Positions 1-15,752 of a stretch of DNA of 64,000 nt are shown here, piece after piece. Position 1 is the stretch's first letter. Each line of letters opens with the position of its first letter. Made by a program: the position numbers and the translations under genes. The DNA is taken from assembly GCA_951406725.2 (NCBI GenBank), contig OX597821.1, positions 108,252,001 through 108,316,000 on the forward strand, written 5' to 3'. This DNA is from Octopus vulgaris. Its lineage: Eukaryota. The notes beneath the pieces were generated by a model, which worked only from the letters and a program-made list of their open reading frames with translations, made no database searches and was not told where the DNA came from.

Positions 1-1060
<1,060 letters not shown>

Positions 1061-1291
1061 AGAGTCTTCGTTACCATTGTTTTTCTAGGGTTCTTCTTGT
1101 TGCTGACGTCTTTGCTTTCACCAACATTTTTTTCTTTTTTCTTTTATTTTGCTTGTTTGTTTGTTTGTTTGATTGCGATATTAACTCCAATTGTTTTCAT
1201 TAATATTAAATAGATGTCACCTTCTCTCCATTATTATAACATTGTTGTTATTGATGCTGTTATCATCGTCGTCATTGTTTGTTGACATTGC

Positions 1292-1325
<34 letters not shown>

Positions 1326-1542
1326 GGTGGTGGTGGTGGTGGTGATGTTAGTATCGTGGCTGGTTTCCTTTTGTTTCCATAATTATATTTTGGCAATGAT
1401 AACTTAATGAATTATTCCAGCAACTTTTGGGTGACAACGTTTGAATAAAACAATAGAATATTGATTAACTTCATAATAATAGCACTCGCGATGTTTTAAC
1501 ATCCACATTCAGTGAGATAACGCACTCACGCATTTATATATC

Positions 1543-1943
1543 GTGGTTCTCCGTCGGTTACGACGACGAGGGTTCCTATTGATCAGATCAACGGAACAGC
1601 CTGCTCGTGAAATTAACGTACAAGAGGATGAGCACGCCGCAGACATGTGTACCCTTAACGTAGTTCTTGGGGAGATTCAGCGTGACACAGAGTGTAACAA
1701 GGCTGGCCCTTTGAAATACAGTTGCAATAAAAACAAGAAGAAAGAGTGAGAGAAAGTTGTGGTGACAGAGCACAGTAGGGTTCACCACCACCCCCTGCCG
1801 GAGCATCGTGGAGCTTTAGGTGTTTTCGCTCGTGGAGCTTTAGGTGTTTTCGCTCAATAAACACTCACAACGCCCGATCTGAGAATCGAAACCGCGTTCC
1901 TACGACCGCGAGTCCGCTGCCCTGACCACTAGACCATTGCACC
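1543..1943 (-). mobile_element. tRNA-derived SINE, family A1 (octopus OR-type candidate)
   Basis: The minus-strand head AGGTGCAATGGTCTAGTGGTCAGGGCAGCGGACTCGCGG...GGTTTCGATTC has A/B boxes. Homologous copies lie at 35577 and 47696. There is an internal 24-bp tandem duplication at about 1807-1854. Confidence 0.85.
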
Positions 1944-1979
1944 TCTACATGTATGTGTGTGTGTGTGTGTGTGTGTGTT

Positions 1980-2137
1980 CCAAAGTAAGCACATAAATGC
2001 GAAACTGGGTGGCAAAATAGTACTCAAATACCAGAGGAGAGTAATATGCTTTATTAAAAAACAGCAAAATATCAAAAACTGTTGAGAACGTGAAACTGAG
2101 TAACAGTTTTGTGATATTTTTGCTGCTTTTTGGTAAA

Positions 2138-2143
<6 letters not shown>
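1980..2143. mobile_element. Fold-back PLE-like remnant with the 3' half of a hammerhead
   Basis: Imperfect inverted repeat 2044-2083/2102-2143. The spacer holds GAAA-CTGAG-TA-ACAG, and the right arm ends flush in (TA)n. Confidence 0.6.
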
Positions 2144-2177
<34 letters not shown>

Positions 2178-2179
<2 letters not shown>

Positions 2180-2508
2180 GGAAAAGCAACAAGAATGGAT
2201 CAATATTTCGGTACAATTGTTTCGTACGAAGACATCTTTAATAAGGCTACAAGAATTGCAGTAAATATAAGTGACCCGTACTCATCAGCCGAAAAAACAT
2301 CTAAGATCTCCAAACATCTTGTAGCCTTATTAAAGATGTCTTCGTACGAAACAATTGTACCGAAATATTGATCCATTCTTGTTGCTTTTTTCCTATTTAT
2401 AATCACCCCACTTTGTCGTATGGTTAACACCAAATATATTTCTGGTGCATCCAAGTTAAGTACCATATTCATGTGAATTCAACAGAACTCACTTGAATCT
2501 TAATTGCT
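2178..2508. mobile_element. Fold-back Penelope-like pseudo-LTR element in (TA)n
   Basis: Perfect 73-bp inverted repeat 2182-2254/2317-2389, (TA)n on both sides, hammerhead on the minus strand. Confidence 0.85.
2206..2294 (-). ncRNA. Minimal type-I hammerhead ribozyme motif
   Basis: Minus strand reads TTTCGG-CTGATGA-GTACG-(48 nt)-CGTAC-GAAA-CAATTG-TA-CCGAAA: 6-bp stem I, 5-bp stem II, palindromic stem III, GUA site. Confidence 0.9.
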
Positions 2509-2540
<32 letters not shown>

Positions 2541-2591
2541 CATACATACATACATACATACATATACATACAGAGAGAAGGAAAGAGGGAC

Positions 2592-2656
<65 letters not shown>

Positions 2657-2914
2657 CAAGAATAATATATCCAGGCAGGTACCGTTAGAGCACCCTAGTA
2701 AGATTAATTCAAGTTCTGGTTTACTGAATGGAATGGCATGGAATAATCAGGGCCTGTTTAAAATGAACAATGTCAATATATTTCATCCAATGGTTAAATC
2801 TTGCGTTCGCTTCGTTCGTTCATAAACAGCTCAGTGAGTGTATAGCCGAGAGAATTCAAAGAAATAAGGAGAATTATACATCTACACAGATTTTATTATT
2901 ACAGGCAATTCACT

Positions 2915-3100
2915 CCGGGCAAAATGTATAGCGGTATTTCGCCAGTCGCTACGTTCTGAGTTCAAATTCCACCGAGGTCGACTTTTCGTTTCATTCTTTC
3001 GAAGTCGAAAAATTAAGTACAAGTGAAATACTGGGGTTTATATAATCGAATAGTCCCCTCACCCAAAATGTTCCGGCCTTGTGCCTACAGCAGAAAGAAT
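2915..3100 (+). mobile_element. SINE family C, 5'-truncated
   Basis: Contains CGTTCTGAGTTCAAATTCCACCGAGGTCGACTTT...AAATTAAGTAC, shared with many copies. Confidence 0.85.
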
Positions 3101-3109
3101 AATAATAAT

Positions 3110-3405
3110 TATTATTATTATCATTATTTGTTTGACTTTTGCTTTGCATTTGTACAAGTTGGCTACAAGTCTCACCCAGAAACCTCAAGAGACAAGCCAG
3201 ACGTTCATGTTGGTGTTATGCCTCGGGTGCCATATATTTCGTTTTGTACATAGTGTTGTTCTAATGAAGGTTTCAGAAACCATAAGAAAATTGTTTGTTT
3301 TAAAATTTGAGATTGCATAGACGATATTTTACGTAGGATATGAACAGTTCCCATGAGCACTATCCTTTGACTTTCTGCCATTTTGGGGTTTCCTGGCATC
3401 TAAGC
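3110..3405 (-). mobile_element. 3' end of an R4/Dong-like LINE between (TAA)n tracts
   Basis: ORF 3205-3399 contains PGNPKMAESQRIVLMGTVHILRKI, matching the Q-K-x3-G-T-x-x-I-L-R-K C-terminus of RLE LINEs. A 3' UTR follows and ends in TAA repeats. Confidence 0.75.
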
Positions 3406-3420
3406 TTAGTATTATTACTA

Positions 3421-3473
<53 letters not shown>

Positions 3474-3482
3474 GTTATTATT

Positions 3483-3700
3483 AAGGTGGCGCGCTTGCGG
3501 GGTATTTAGCATGCCGGACAAAATGCTCATTAGCATTTCGTCCGCCTTTACGTCCTGAGTTCAAGTTCTGTCGAGGCCGACTTTTCCTTTCATCTTTTCG
3601 GGGTTCATAAAAAAAGTACCAGTTGAGCACTAGGGTCAATGTAATCGACTATCTCTCTCTTCCAAAGTTTCAGGTCTTGTGCCTATAGTAGAAAGTTTTA
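3483..3700 (+). mobile_element. SINE family C
   Basis: AAGGTGGCGCGCTTGC head, GAGTTCAAG B-box-like motif, conserved central domain. Confidence 0.85.
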
Positions 3701-4263
3701 TTACAGTCAATTACGTAATTTTACTTACATAATTTATCTGTAGATCTTCAGTATGATCATCAATACAAATATAATATGCAGAACTACACGCCAGACATCA
3801 ACACGAGGTCGAAAATGCATGCAGTTCTACCTATTACACTTGTGGTTATTTTTCAAAAGTCTTCGTTTTGGCGCGCTAAATTACCGGAAATAATACTGCA
3901 TAAAATAATTCACTGCAGTAGCCTATGCCGTTTTGAGAACGAATTAATTTTAAATTAAAGCTAAAATGAGGGTGAAAAATTGGATATTAATTTGATAACA
4001 TTAATTTTTTCACCAGTGGTCTAGCATATGAAAAACTTAGGTTCAGTAAATAGTAGTTTGTATGTATGTATGTATGTATGTATGTATGTATGTATGTATG
4101 TATGTATGTATGTATGTATGTATGTATGTATGTATGTAGACTGTGATGAGAATCCAACAAGGCTCGAACATCGATGAAGGATGTTATCTTTTCATTCTAA
4201 AAGGAAATAGTGAAATTAGCCCTGTTTGTATATCTGCTATATAGGTCACATACATAATTCATG

Positions 4264-4299
<36 letters not shown>

Positions 4300-4519
4300 T
4301 GTGATTGTGTGTATATATATATATACATATATACAGAATGAGGCAGGAAGACAGAGAGAGAGAGAGGAGAGTGAGAGAGAGAGGTTTCTACAATTTCCGA
4401 CGATTAGGATAGAATTAGCATGTTATATATCGGTTTTAGCCGAATAATCAGAGCAGTAAGCCAATAGCTTCCTCTTCAGCGTTCTATTTTCTCTTGTATA
4501 TATTTTTTCTGGCCATTAT

Positions 4520-4550
4520 ACATACATATATATATATGTTTATATATATA

Positions 4551-4608
<58 letters not shown>

Positions 4609-4959
4609 GTATATATGTATATATGTATATATGTATGTATGTACATAAATACATATATATCGACTAAAAAAGCTACATATTTTCGAGAGACTGACCACTG
4701 TTATTTCATTCATCTATTTCTATTTTATTTTGTATCTGTTGTTTCTTATTATTTGCTGTTGTTTTTTACTGTCATTTCCTTTTGTTTTTGTTTTTCTTTT
4801 CTTGTTTTGTTTTGTTTCTTCGCTTCCGAATGGAGAAATATTCTTATCTCCCTTGCGTGTCCAAAGCCATATGTTTCTATGACATATGACATTTCAGGCT
4901 GTTTATTACAGAATTATATCGCTCTTTTTATTTATTACCTTGGGAAACACACTCACACA

Positions 4960-4997
<38 letters not shown>

Positions 4998-5092
4998 AAC
5001 TCACACTTACATCCACGCTAACACACCCACGCACAGACGCATACATTGTTATGTATAATATAATATGTATAAGTATTCTCATCGCCACATGT

Positions 5093-5137
<45 letters not shown>

Positions 5138-5284
5138 TTGTACGTATGTAATTATATCTGTGTTAATGCGTGTGTATACATATATACATTCATCCAGACA
5201 TACATATACCTACATATATGTTTGTATATATATATATATATATATTTATATATAGAGGGCATTATTATACATACATGCCACACG

Positions 5285-5335
<51 letters not shown>

Positions 5336-5790
5336 TATATACACATATATGTATATATATGCATAAATATATACATTTATATATACATGCATATATATAT
5401 ACATACATATATATATATATATATACATACATAGATGCATGCATATATATATTTATATATATTTACATACATGCAAACATACATACATACATACATTGAT
5501 ACACACATACATACACACATATATACCTACATACACACACACAAACATACATACATATATAGATACATACAAACATGCATATATACATACATACGTACGT
5601 ACATACATACGTACACATATAGATGCACACATATATACGCATACTTACCAATACACATACACACATACATACATGCACACATACATACATACATACATAC
5701 ATACATACATACATACATACATACATACATACATGCATACATACATGCATATATACGCACATACATGTATACACACATATATACATAAAA
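4520..5790. repeat. (TA)n/(CA)n/(TACA)n microsatellite field
   Basis: Read directly. Confidence 0.9.
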
Positions 5791-6260
5791 ATATGGGCTG
5801 ACATTAATATATTAATGTTCGCTACTACAGCTGATTGTTTTGTGTTTCATTCACTCTAGAAATGGTATTATTATTAGTAATAGCATTTGTAGTATTGGTG
5901 ATAGTCTTAGTGGTTGTAGTGGTAGTATTGATGGTGGTGGTTGTGAGGGCGATGGTTGTGATTTTGTTTGTGGTGTTGTTTTTAGACGTGGAGCTGGTGT
6001 TACCTTCGCCGTCTCCGTCCCATCGGTTGTGGAGTGATGGTGGCTAATAAAAAAAGATTTGTAATCCTCTCTTGAAAATGATCATAAGGATTATAGGAGA
6101 TTATCTCTGACTGACCGGACAGCCGCCGTTTCGTTGAAACATTACATGAAGGTCATATGTTAGATATATAGAAATTAAGCTGTAAAATATAAAGAGAACA
6201 AAACAAAATGGCGTGTGACGTGACGTCGTATGAAGCAATATAAATTATGATGTCAATAAT

Positions 6261-6300
<40 letters not shown>

Positions 6301-8015
6301 GCGGTTCTGTGGCATTTTTTACATACCATGCTATGTTGTTTTCTCCTGCTCTAATGTTGTGTTCGCATCCAATAAGTCCTCTTCCCCCTTTTTGTTTCTT
6401 AGTACATACAGTCTTTCTGTGTCACTTTTTGGGTGGACTGACCCATATCTGGTTAGCAACTTCCTTGTCTTTCTGTCTAAGCTGTTTAGTTCGTCTACTG
6501 CCCATGCAATTACCCCTGCTTCATATCTAAGGATTGATACCGCCCAGGTGTTGATAGCTTCGATCTTATTCCGTACGTTTAATTCCGACTTAAGTATCAA
6601 TCTCAGTCTGCGCAAGTACTCCACCTTAAATTTTTATATCATTTCTTTCTCCATCAATTTATCCATTTCCCAAATTCCCACGTACTCATAGCCTGTCTCT
6701 TCTCTCTGCTTCATAACTTACCCCGACGTCAGTCAGTCCATGCATTTGATTTTGCCTTTCTTCAATACTAGCACACCACACTTTCTCAGTCCGAACTCCA
6801 TTCTGAAAGTATACACCGTATGAACAAGGGAACTGACTTGGGATTCACCTTTACCATAAAGTTTTAGGTCATTCATGAATACCAAATGGTTGACTTTGTG
6901 CTGGCGGCTTTTGAATACATACCCAGCTTTTGGTTTCCTCAGAATCAGTGTTAGTGGTATCAAGTAGAGTACAAAGATCAGTGAGGAAAGCCAGTCCCCT
7001 TGGAAGGTGCACCTCCTAATTTCTACTGTCGCTAAACTTCTTCCGTATGCTGCCATTTCTGTCCTCCACCTTGCCATACTTTTTTCAAGCAATTGCTCAA
7101 CATTCAATGCAATCCCAAACAGGTTCATACACTCCATAATCCAAGAATGTGGGATCATATCGAATGCCTTACGGTAGTCGATCCATGACATGGCTAAGTT
7201 ACTTTTCCTCCTCTTGCAGTCTCTGCGTACAGTTTTATCTATCAGGAGTTGATCCTTGGTACCTCTGCACTTACGCTTGCAACCCTTCTGCTCATGTGGT
7301 AGGACTCCATTTTTTCTAGAAATTCGTACACTGACTCTTTACTATTCCAGTCAATAACTTCCACATGAGTGGCAAACAGGATATCGGCCTGTAATTGTCT
7401 ACCGTATTGCCTTTTTCGATGTTTTTCAAGCACACCCATTATCAGGGGCCTTCCAGTTGCTCATTTTTGTTTTGTTGATTTCCTAACAGAAATGACTAGT
7501 TCTGCCTGATTTTGACAGACTACTGTTTGTTTCAGTTCTTGCAATGATTCAGTATCCATCTTGTCCTCCTTGTCTTTGCTCCAGATGTCACTCCAAATCC
7601 TTTGGCTCTCAATATTATTTGGTATCAACTTTTCATCTGTGCACTCTCCATTTATTTCTTTATAGAATCTCTTCTGATCTACTCTGGATAATCTATTCTG
7701 ATGGTCGTATTCTTTGGCATTCATTCTTTGGTCGTATCTTACCATCTTTGCTTTCTTTGCAACGAGGCGCTGTTTCAGTTCCTCCACTCCTACTTTCAGA
7801 TCCTTTCTTTCAATATTATACTTCCTTTTCAGCACCCTGTATTTTTGTTCGCTTTTAAGCTCCCATTTCTCTTTTCAGCCTTGCACAGGGGTTTCGTTCG
7901 GGAGCATACCAAACCCTGCCTGAATTTTTCTTTTCCACCATGGATCTTCTTTGTCACGCCCATTTTGTTTCTCTTTCTAGACATCGACATCCACATTTTC
8001 TGCTTCAACAAGCTC
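6301..8015 (-). pseudogene. Decayed R4/Dong-like non-LTR retrotransposon reverse transcriptase ORF
   Basis: RT motifs [27 protein letters not shown] and [14 protein letters not shown] (ORF 6733-7191); thumb region EYLRRLRLILKSELNVRNKIEAINTWAVSILRY (6331-6624); N-terminal pieces to about 8011. Multiple frameshifts. Abuts (TAA)n at 6264-6300. Confidence 0.92.
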
Positions 8016-8019
8016 GAGT

Positions 8020-8197
8020 GAGTTAGAAAGTCGATTACATAGGCACCAGTTGCTCATCTGCTACATTCTTTTTTTCGATTCCGAAAGGATATAAGACAAA
8101 GTCGACATCGGCGGAATTTGAACTCAAAACGCGAAGACCAGCGAAATGCGGCGAAGCAATTTGCTCGACATGCTAACGACTCTGCCAGATCACCGAC
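8020..8197 (-). mobile_element. SINE family C
   Basis: AAAGTCGACATCGGCGGAATTTGAACTC...GCTAACGACTCTGCCAG is the reverse complement of the family consensus. Confidence 0.85.
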
Positions 8198-8301
8198 CGA
8201 AAGAGAATTGCTCTGTATCTTCTGGATTCTTTACTCTAAAACAAGGACATTGAGCACTAGCAAATCTTATTTATATCGCAACACCTAAGCGATATCCCCC
8301 C

Positions 8302-8335
<34 letters not shown>

Positions 8336-8336
8336 G

Positions 8337-8379
<43 letters not shown>

Positions 8380-8387
8380 TTATATAT

Positions 8388-8519
8388 ACGACGGGCTTCT
8401 TTAAATTTCCCTCCATCAAATCTATTCACAGGGCTTTGGCCGTGCCGAGATTATAGTAAAGACACATTTAGCCAATGTGCCATGCAGTGGAACGGAACAC
8501 GGGACCTTGTGGTTGGGAA

Positions 8520-8520
<1 letters not shown>
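8388..8520 (-). mobile_element. SINE family B, 5' half
   Basis: CGACGGGCTTCTTT...GTGGTTGGGAAG is homologous to full copies. Confidence 0.75.
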
Positions 8521-8585
<65 letters not shown>

Positions 8586-8598
8586 GTATGTATATAGG

Positions 8599-8677
<79 letters not shown>

Positions 8678-9224
8678 TTCTTATTGGAAGACTTGAAAAT
8701 AATAAAATTTCCAATATTTTGTCACTGTTGGAAAGAAGACAATGATACACACCAATAATAGCAAGAAGAATAACAATAACAATAGAGAAAACAAGGTGGT
8801 AACATCAGAACATAAAAATTTGGTATACATACTGCCATACATAAATATATGTACACACATGTGAAGTATAATATATGTAGAGATAGATAGATAAATAGAT
8901 GTACGTATGTATGAATGTATGCATGCATGTATACATGTATGCATATCTGTATGTATATGTTTGTGTATGGCATTTGTTGTCCGTTTTCAGCGCCATATGT
9001 GTTCTCAATACAAAGCCAAAACGTGTGATGTGTCTGACCTGTCTCGTGCCTGGTGCTGTCTTTAGGCCAGCGAGTCAAAGTAAATAAATTTCTTTTATAT
9101 CCGCCTCATCTCTTCTTCGTCTTAGAAAGACGTTTATGACAATACGTTTGTCAGCTTACAAAAGCCCATCTTAATGAACGAAATGCACTCACAACATACA
9201 TACGCACCTTTCATTCATTTATAC

Positions 9225-9307
9225 ATACATACGAACTTACGTGAATGATTCCGTACGTATAAACACATACTTACATATATACATATGTATGACATATATA
9301 TATGCAT

Positions 9308-9395
<88 letters not shown>

Positions 9396-9547
9396 ATTGT
9401 AACTATCTATCTGTTTATCTATCTATATACATACATACATACGCACACGAACACATATATGCCTTCATATGTACTTTCATATGTACTTATATATATAAAT
9501 ACTTATATAGATATATGCATAAATGTATATGTATGCATGCATTTATG

Positions 9548-9595
<48 letters not shown>

Positions 9596-9629
9596 TATGT
9601 ATATATGTATATATATACATATATATGTA

Positions 9630-9671
<42 letters not shown>

Positions 9672-9785
9672 TATATACATATATATGTATATATATGTAT
9701 ATGTATGTATATACAGATAGGTGTTCTGTGTGTGCATGTGTGTGTATACATGACTCTGTGTGTGTGTGTGTGTGTGTGTGTCATA
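9225..9785. repeat. (TA)n/(TG)n microsatellite field
   Basis: Read directly. Confidence 0.9.
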
Positions 9786-10472
9786 GGCTCGTTAATTCTG
9801 AGAGTGTCGCCAGATCAATAAAATTTCAATGTTACTTTACTGGAAGTGCGCGAAAAATAAATGAAATGGAAATAGAAGTGAAATTAGAAAATAGAATAAA
9901 ATAAAATAAAATAAAATAAAATAAAATAAGAATGAAATAAACCAAAATTAGAAATAAATAACAAATATTAACAACCAGGAAGAAACAAGACACAAACAAC
10001 TAACAACAACAACAACAACAACAACAGCAAAACGTACAAACAAATAAATTCTCAGAAAAAATAAGATGAAATGAAGAAAATAGAAGAAAAAAACAATTAT
10101 ATTTAACATGATATAAAAAAAGACAAATCAGGCAAGAATGCTAGAAGATTCATAGTAAGGAATTGAAGTGTGTGATTGCTTGTGCTCTATTTAAATGAAA
10201 CTAGACAATTTCTTTCAAATTTGGTTTTCCCTTCTCACGCCCTCCCTTCTGTATTCTTTACGTTATTTCCCTTGATGCTTTTGTCAATTTTCTTTCTAAT
10301 TTTCTACTAACCGGAATTCCGGCAACAGCTCTCATTCAGTTAGCTTACAGTCATTCTAGTTTCACTTTCACTTTCGTACATATGTGTGTGCGTATATAGA
10401 TAAGAATACGTAAGTATAAATGTTTGTGTGGTGTTCATATATACATACATACGTACATACATACATACATAG

Positions 10473-10539
<67 letters not shown>

Positions 10540-11000
10540 TATATATATAATTATATATTTATATATATATATGTATAAATAATTGTGTGTATATATATGT
10601 GTGTGTATCTTAATGTGTACATTTATATTATGTATGTATATATGTATAAATGTTTCTACGTATGTTTGTGTGTATATGTATGAATACGTTTACACTGTTA
10701 TGTTCGTGATTTTTATTTTCTGTTTTTATATATTTTTTTTCATTCGTTTATTTCCAAATCATCTTACTCGTCTTTTGTCATTATTCTCTTGCCACCGAAT
10801 TCTTCAAACAAACTCTTATATTTACCAGAAGCATCCTTAATCAAAGGCCAAACTCACTGGTAAAAAGAATATTGAAGGTGTAAAACAGACAAGTAAGCAG
10901 ATGTCATGAATGGATGTAGAAGCTTAGCGAGTAAGACTTAATATCATATATACATTTGATTGTGAATGCAATGGGGAAAAATACATTCATGTATACACAC

Positions 11001-11079
<79 letters not shown>

Positions 11080-11940
11080 CGAGTTAGAGACAAGCAGAGA
11101 ATGAAAGCAATAAGCTGAAAGATAGAGAAAAGGGGGAAAAAAAAAGGAAAAGTGTTGTGTGAAACACAAAAATTAATGGCAGAAACAGAGAGACATGTTA
11201 AAGGAAAAAGTAGAATGTTGTTTTGCTCGTGTTGCTTGTTAGGCTAGCAATAAATCTGATGGATTGCTTGAGAATGAGAAAACAATACTTTGAAGAAGTG
11301 CTTTTTGGTCGAAATGAAAAGATGTCGACTGTCAGCTTTGATAAAGAAATCTCACCTTAGAGCAGAACATCGTTAAGCGTAGAATTCTGTGTTCGTTATA
11401 GAACAGATAATTGTGTTTCGCACAAGAGCTACTTGATTCTTTAAAGCATCCTGGCATCTCAACACAAGCGCTAACACGAGAATTATATATTATACCCAGT
11501 CGGTTTAGAAAAAGCAGATACATAATTGTATCACGCTTCTTTTCTTTACGTACGCATATATATATATATATATGCATATATACTCACATATACATACATA
11601 TATATATATATATATATCAATATATACATATTATATGTGCGTGTGTGTGTGCGTATTTATATATGTATGTATATGTGTGTATTTGCATGCATGAGAGCAT
11701 ATATGTGTGCATACATATATGTTTGCATGAATTTATGTCTATCTATCTATCTGTCTGTCTGTCTATCTATCTAGCTATATCTTTGTATACATATGTGTGT
11801 CTGTATAGCATTCATTTTACAATAACACTTTCTCTCTCTTCTCTGGATACATACATATATACATACATACGTGCATACTTACACGCGTGTATGTCTGTGT
11901 GTGTCCAATCATATTATATTTCCACATCCTCAGTATTTTT

Positions 11941-11982
<42 letters not shown>

Positions 11983-12049
11983 AATATGTGAGTGTGTGTG
12001 TGTGTATGTGTATGTATGTGAATATATATATATATATATATACATATAT

Positions 12050-13197
12050 TGACAGAGCCATCTAGTGCCTTGCACAAGATACCTTACAGTGTTCTGTTGC
12101 TTTACGTTCACGGTTCAAATTCAGCCATTATCAAATATAAATATATTTTACACTTTTCAGGTTTTTATAAAATGAAAAGCAGACAAATAATTTGATCCAT
12201 AGAATCTATTGACCTTAGCGACCTAATATTTGTGGCCTTGTGTCTAATTAGGCTGTATTTCTTCTGTTTTCATTTTTTAAATATTTTTTTTTCTTAGTTC
12301 AATCCTGCTGATGTCGACTTCTCATTTTATGCTTTCGGAATCGAAATCGATTAATGCAATCAATGGAATAGATTAGCCCCCTTCTCTTAAAATTTGAGGT
12401 CTTAAACCTGTAATAGAAAGAAATTTATTGGTGGTGAGCTGGCAGAAACCTTAGCACGCCGGGTGAAATGCTTAGTGCAAATTCCGCCGAGGTCGACTTT
12501 GCCTTTCATCCTTTCTGATGTCGACTTCTCATTTTATGCTTTCGTTGCGTCAGTTTAAATTACGGTCGGAGTTCAAACTCCGCCGATGTCGACTTCGTTT
12601 TTACCCCTTCTGAGTCGATATGATAATTACCAATTGAAGATTGCGGTCAATGAAATCAATTAGAACCTTCTCTTAAAATTTCAGATCCTAAACCTCTAAC
12701 AGAAAGAAATTTTATTGGCGTCTAGCTGGCAGAATCGTTAGCATACCGGACAAAATGCTTAGCGAAGTTTCGTCAACCTTTACCTCTTCCAAGGTCGACT
12801 TTGTCATTCTGTCTTGCGAGGTCGATAAAATAAGTACCGGTTGAGGACTGGCCTCGAGAAAATCGAGTAGCGCCCTGCCTTGAAAAACTACTAGTCCTGA
12901 GCAAAAATTTGAAACCGTTATTAAATAGCGAACTGGCAGAATCGTTAGCACGTCAGGCAAAATGTATAGCGGCAATTCGTCCGTTATTCCGTTTTGAGTT
13001 CAACTACCGCTGAGGGCGACCTCACTTTTTATCGTTTTCCGGATTGATAAATTATGCATCGATGTAATCGATTAGTTCCTTCCTCAAATTTTCAAGGCCT
13101 TGTTCTTTTAGTAGAAAGGATTGCAGAATCGTTAGCACGCCGGACAAAATGCTTAGTGACGTTTCGTCCGTCTTCACGTTCTGAGTTCAAATTCCGT
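12050..13197 (+). mobile_element. Head-to-tail cluster of about 6-7 degenerate family C SINE copies
   Basis: Recurrent CTGGCAGAATCGTTAGCAC, GTCGACTT and AAATTT...GTAGAAAG modules, all on the + strand. Confidence 0.8.
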
Positions 13198-13638
13198 GAG
13201 TGTGTTTGTGTTTGTTATCTATACTTGTGTGTGTATGTGTGCATGCCACTATATGTGTAAGGCAGATAAAAATAAAAGTGGTAATACGAAGAAATATTTT
13301 TCAACATCAAACCTAACCCCCACCGATCCACACCTCTACCTATCAGTCATTAACCAAGCCCATGCCTTTTACATACCTGCACCAGTCTGTCACATACCAA
13401 AGGGATTTGCTTTGATTGACAGAAATGACTCCAGCTCCGTGAACAGCCACCTGCCGCCGTTTATTCCTTTGTGTACACTCCCCCGTTTGTTTTTCATCTT
13501 TAATTTGCCGATTCTTATTCTCCTTTATGAATGCTTTGATTAGGAATCTATTGAAACCGAACATTGAGATAATTAGGAAGCAGGAACACAGAAGCACACA
13601 CACACACGCACACGCATACACGCACACACACGCACACG

Positions 13639-13695
<57 letters not shown>

Positions 13696-13828
13696 GGACA
13701 CAGAGGGACACACCTAACTACCGACTACCTTCAAACAAGCAAACGGACAAAGATGATTCCAGACAAAGAAAATCCATTCAAAATATGTGATTGAGGGTGA
13801 TTGTGACTAAGAAATCACACACGCATGC

Positions 13829-13911
<83 letters not shown>

Positions 13912-14039
13912 TACACACACAAACACATGCATTCATCGATGGGTTCACATGCGGAATCGCACCGTAATACAGTGATGTTCAAATCTTCTCCACGAAAAAA
14001 TATTCATATTCATTCAGCTAGGCGGAGACACTCATCTAT

Positions 14040-14138
14040 CATACATACAATACATACATACATACATACATACATACATACATACATACATACATACATA
14101 CATACATACATACATACATACATACATACATACATACA

Positions 14139-14172
<34 letters not shown>

Positions 14173-14182
14173 CATACATACA

Positions 14183-14216
<34 letters not shown>

Positions 14217-14262
14217 CATACATACATTCATACATACATGCATGCATTCATACATACATACA

Positions 14263-14296
<34 letters not shown>

Positions 14297-14605
14297 CATA
14301 CATACATTCATACATACATGCATGCATTCATACATACATACATACATACATTTATACATACATACATATATACATACATACATACATGCATGCATACATA
14401 CATACATACATACATACATACAAACATATATACATACATACATATATACATACATACATACATACATACACACACACACTCATACATACATACATACCTA
14501 CATACATACATACACACACACACTCATACATACATACATATATACATACATACATTTATACATATATACATACTTATATATACATACATACATACATACA
14601 TACAT
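14040..14605. repeat. (TACA)n tetranucleotide microsatellite
   Basis: Read directly. Confidence 0.97.
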
Positions 14606-14874
14606 GTAAACAACTATTCATACATACGTATACACATTTTGAATGTGTTTGTAAGCCATGTTGTGTAAGAAATTATTATCCTACAAAATGAAGACAAAAG
14701 AAAAACAGTTGAAACGTTTGTGTTAGAAACATATTTTATTATTATTCAGTTGGTTGAAACTAGTTGTAAAGTATTTATTGACGATGGTAAATATCCACGA
14801 AGATCGATCGATCGATCGAATTACAACTTGAAAATAACAGCAACAACAAAACCCGCCGCAATATTAGCAATAAC

Positions 14875-14930
14875 ATGACGATGACGACGACGATGACGAT
14901 GACGATGACGACGACGACGACGACGACGTC

Positions 14931-14977
<47 letters not shown>

Positions 14978-15144
14978 CGATGATGATGGTGAAGACGACG
15001 ACGATGATGACCACAACGGTGATAATATTCGTGATGACGCTGGCGATGATGATGATGTCGACGATGAAGATGATTACGATGATGATGATGATCATGATGA
15101 TGACGACGACGATGACGATAATGATGATCATCATGATGATGATC

Positions 15145-15179
<35 letters not shown>

Positions 15180-15714
15180 AATGATGATGACGATGATGCT
15201 GATGATGTTGATGTTGGTGGGGCAGGGCGGGGTGAGATTGTGACAGCAGTGATGGATTTTATGGCTCTGGTGGTTATAATGGTGGTGGTGATGACGGTGA
15301 TGACGTTCATATTTTAGATGGTAGCAGTGATGAGGATGGTTGTTGTTGAGGTGATGGCTACCGGTGATGGTGACGAAGATGATGATGATGAAGATCGTTG
15401 TAGAGGTCGTCGTGGAGAAGGCTGTGTTTCGGTGTTGGGGTTTTGCGGTGGTGATGATGATAATGAAGTAGATGCTGCTGCTGCTCTGATGATGATGAAG
15501 ATGATGATGACAATGATAACAACGATGATGATGCTCTTGATGATGATGACGATGATGCTGATGATGTTGTTAATGATGATGATGATGATGACGACGACGA
15601 TGATAACGATGATAACGATGATGATGTCGAGGACAAGAATGACGATGATGATGATGACGATGATGATGATGACGATGACTATGATAACGATGATGATGAT
15701 GATGATGTTGATGG

Positions 15715-15752
<38 letters not shown>

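Noticed and set aside
1870-1943. tRNA gene
   Set aside because: It is a tRNA-like SINE head continuous with a repeated body and lacks a proper acceptor stem.
3720-4055. Possible Helitron-like fragment
   Set aside because: No clear terminal hairpin plus CTRR end and no second copy in the window.
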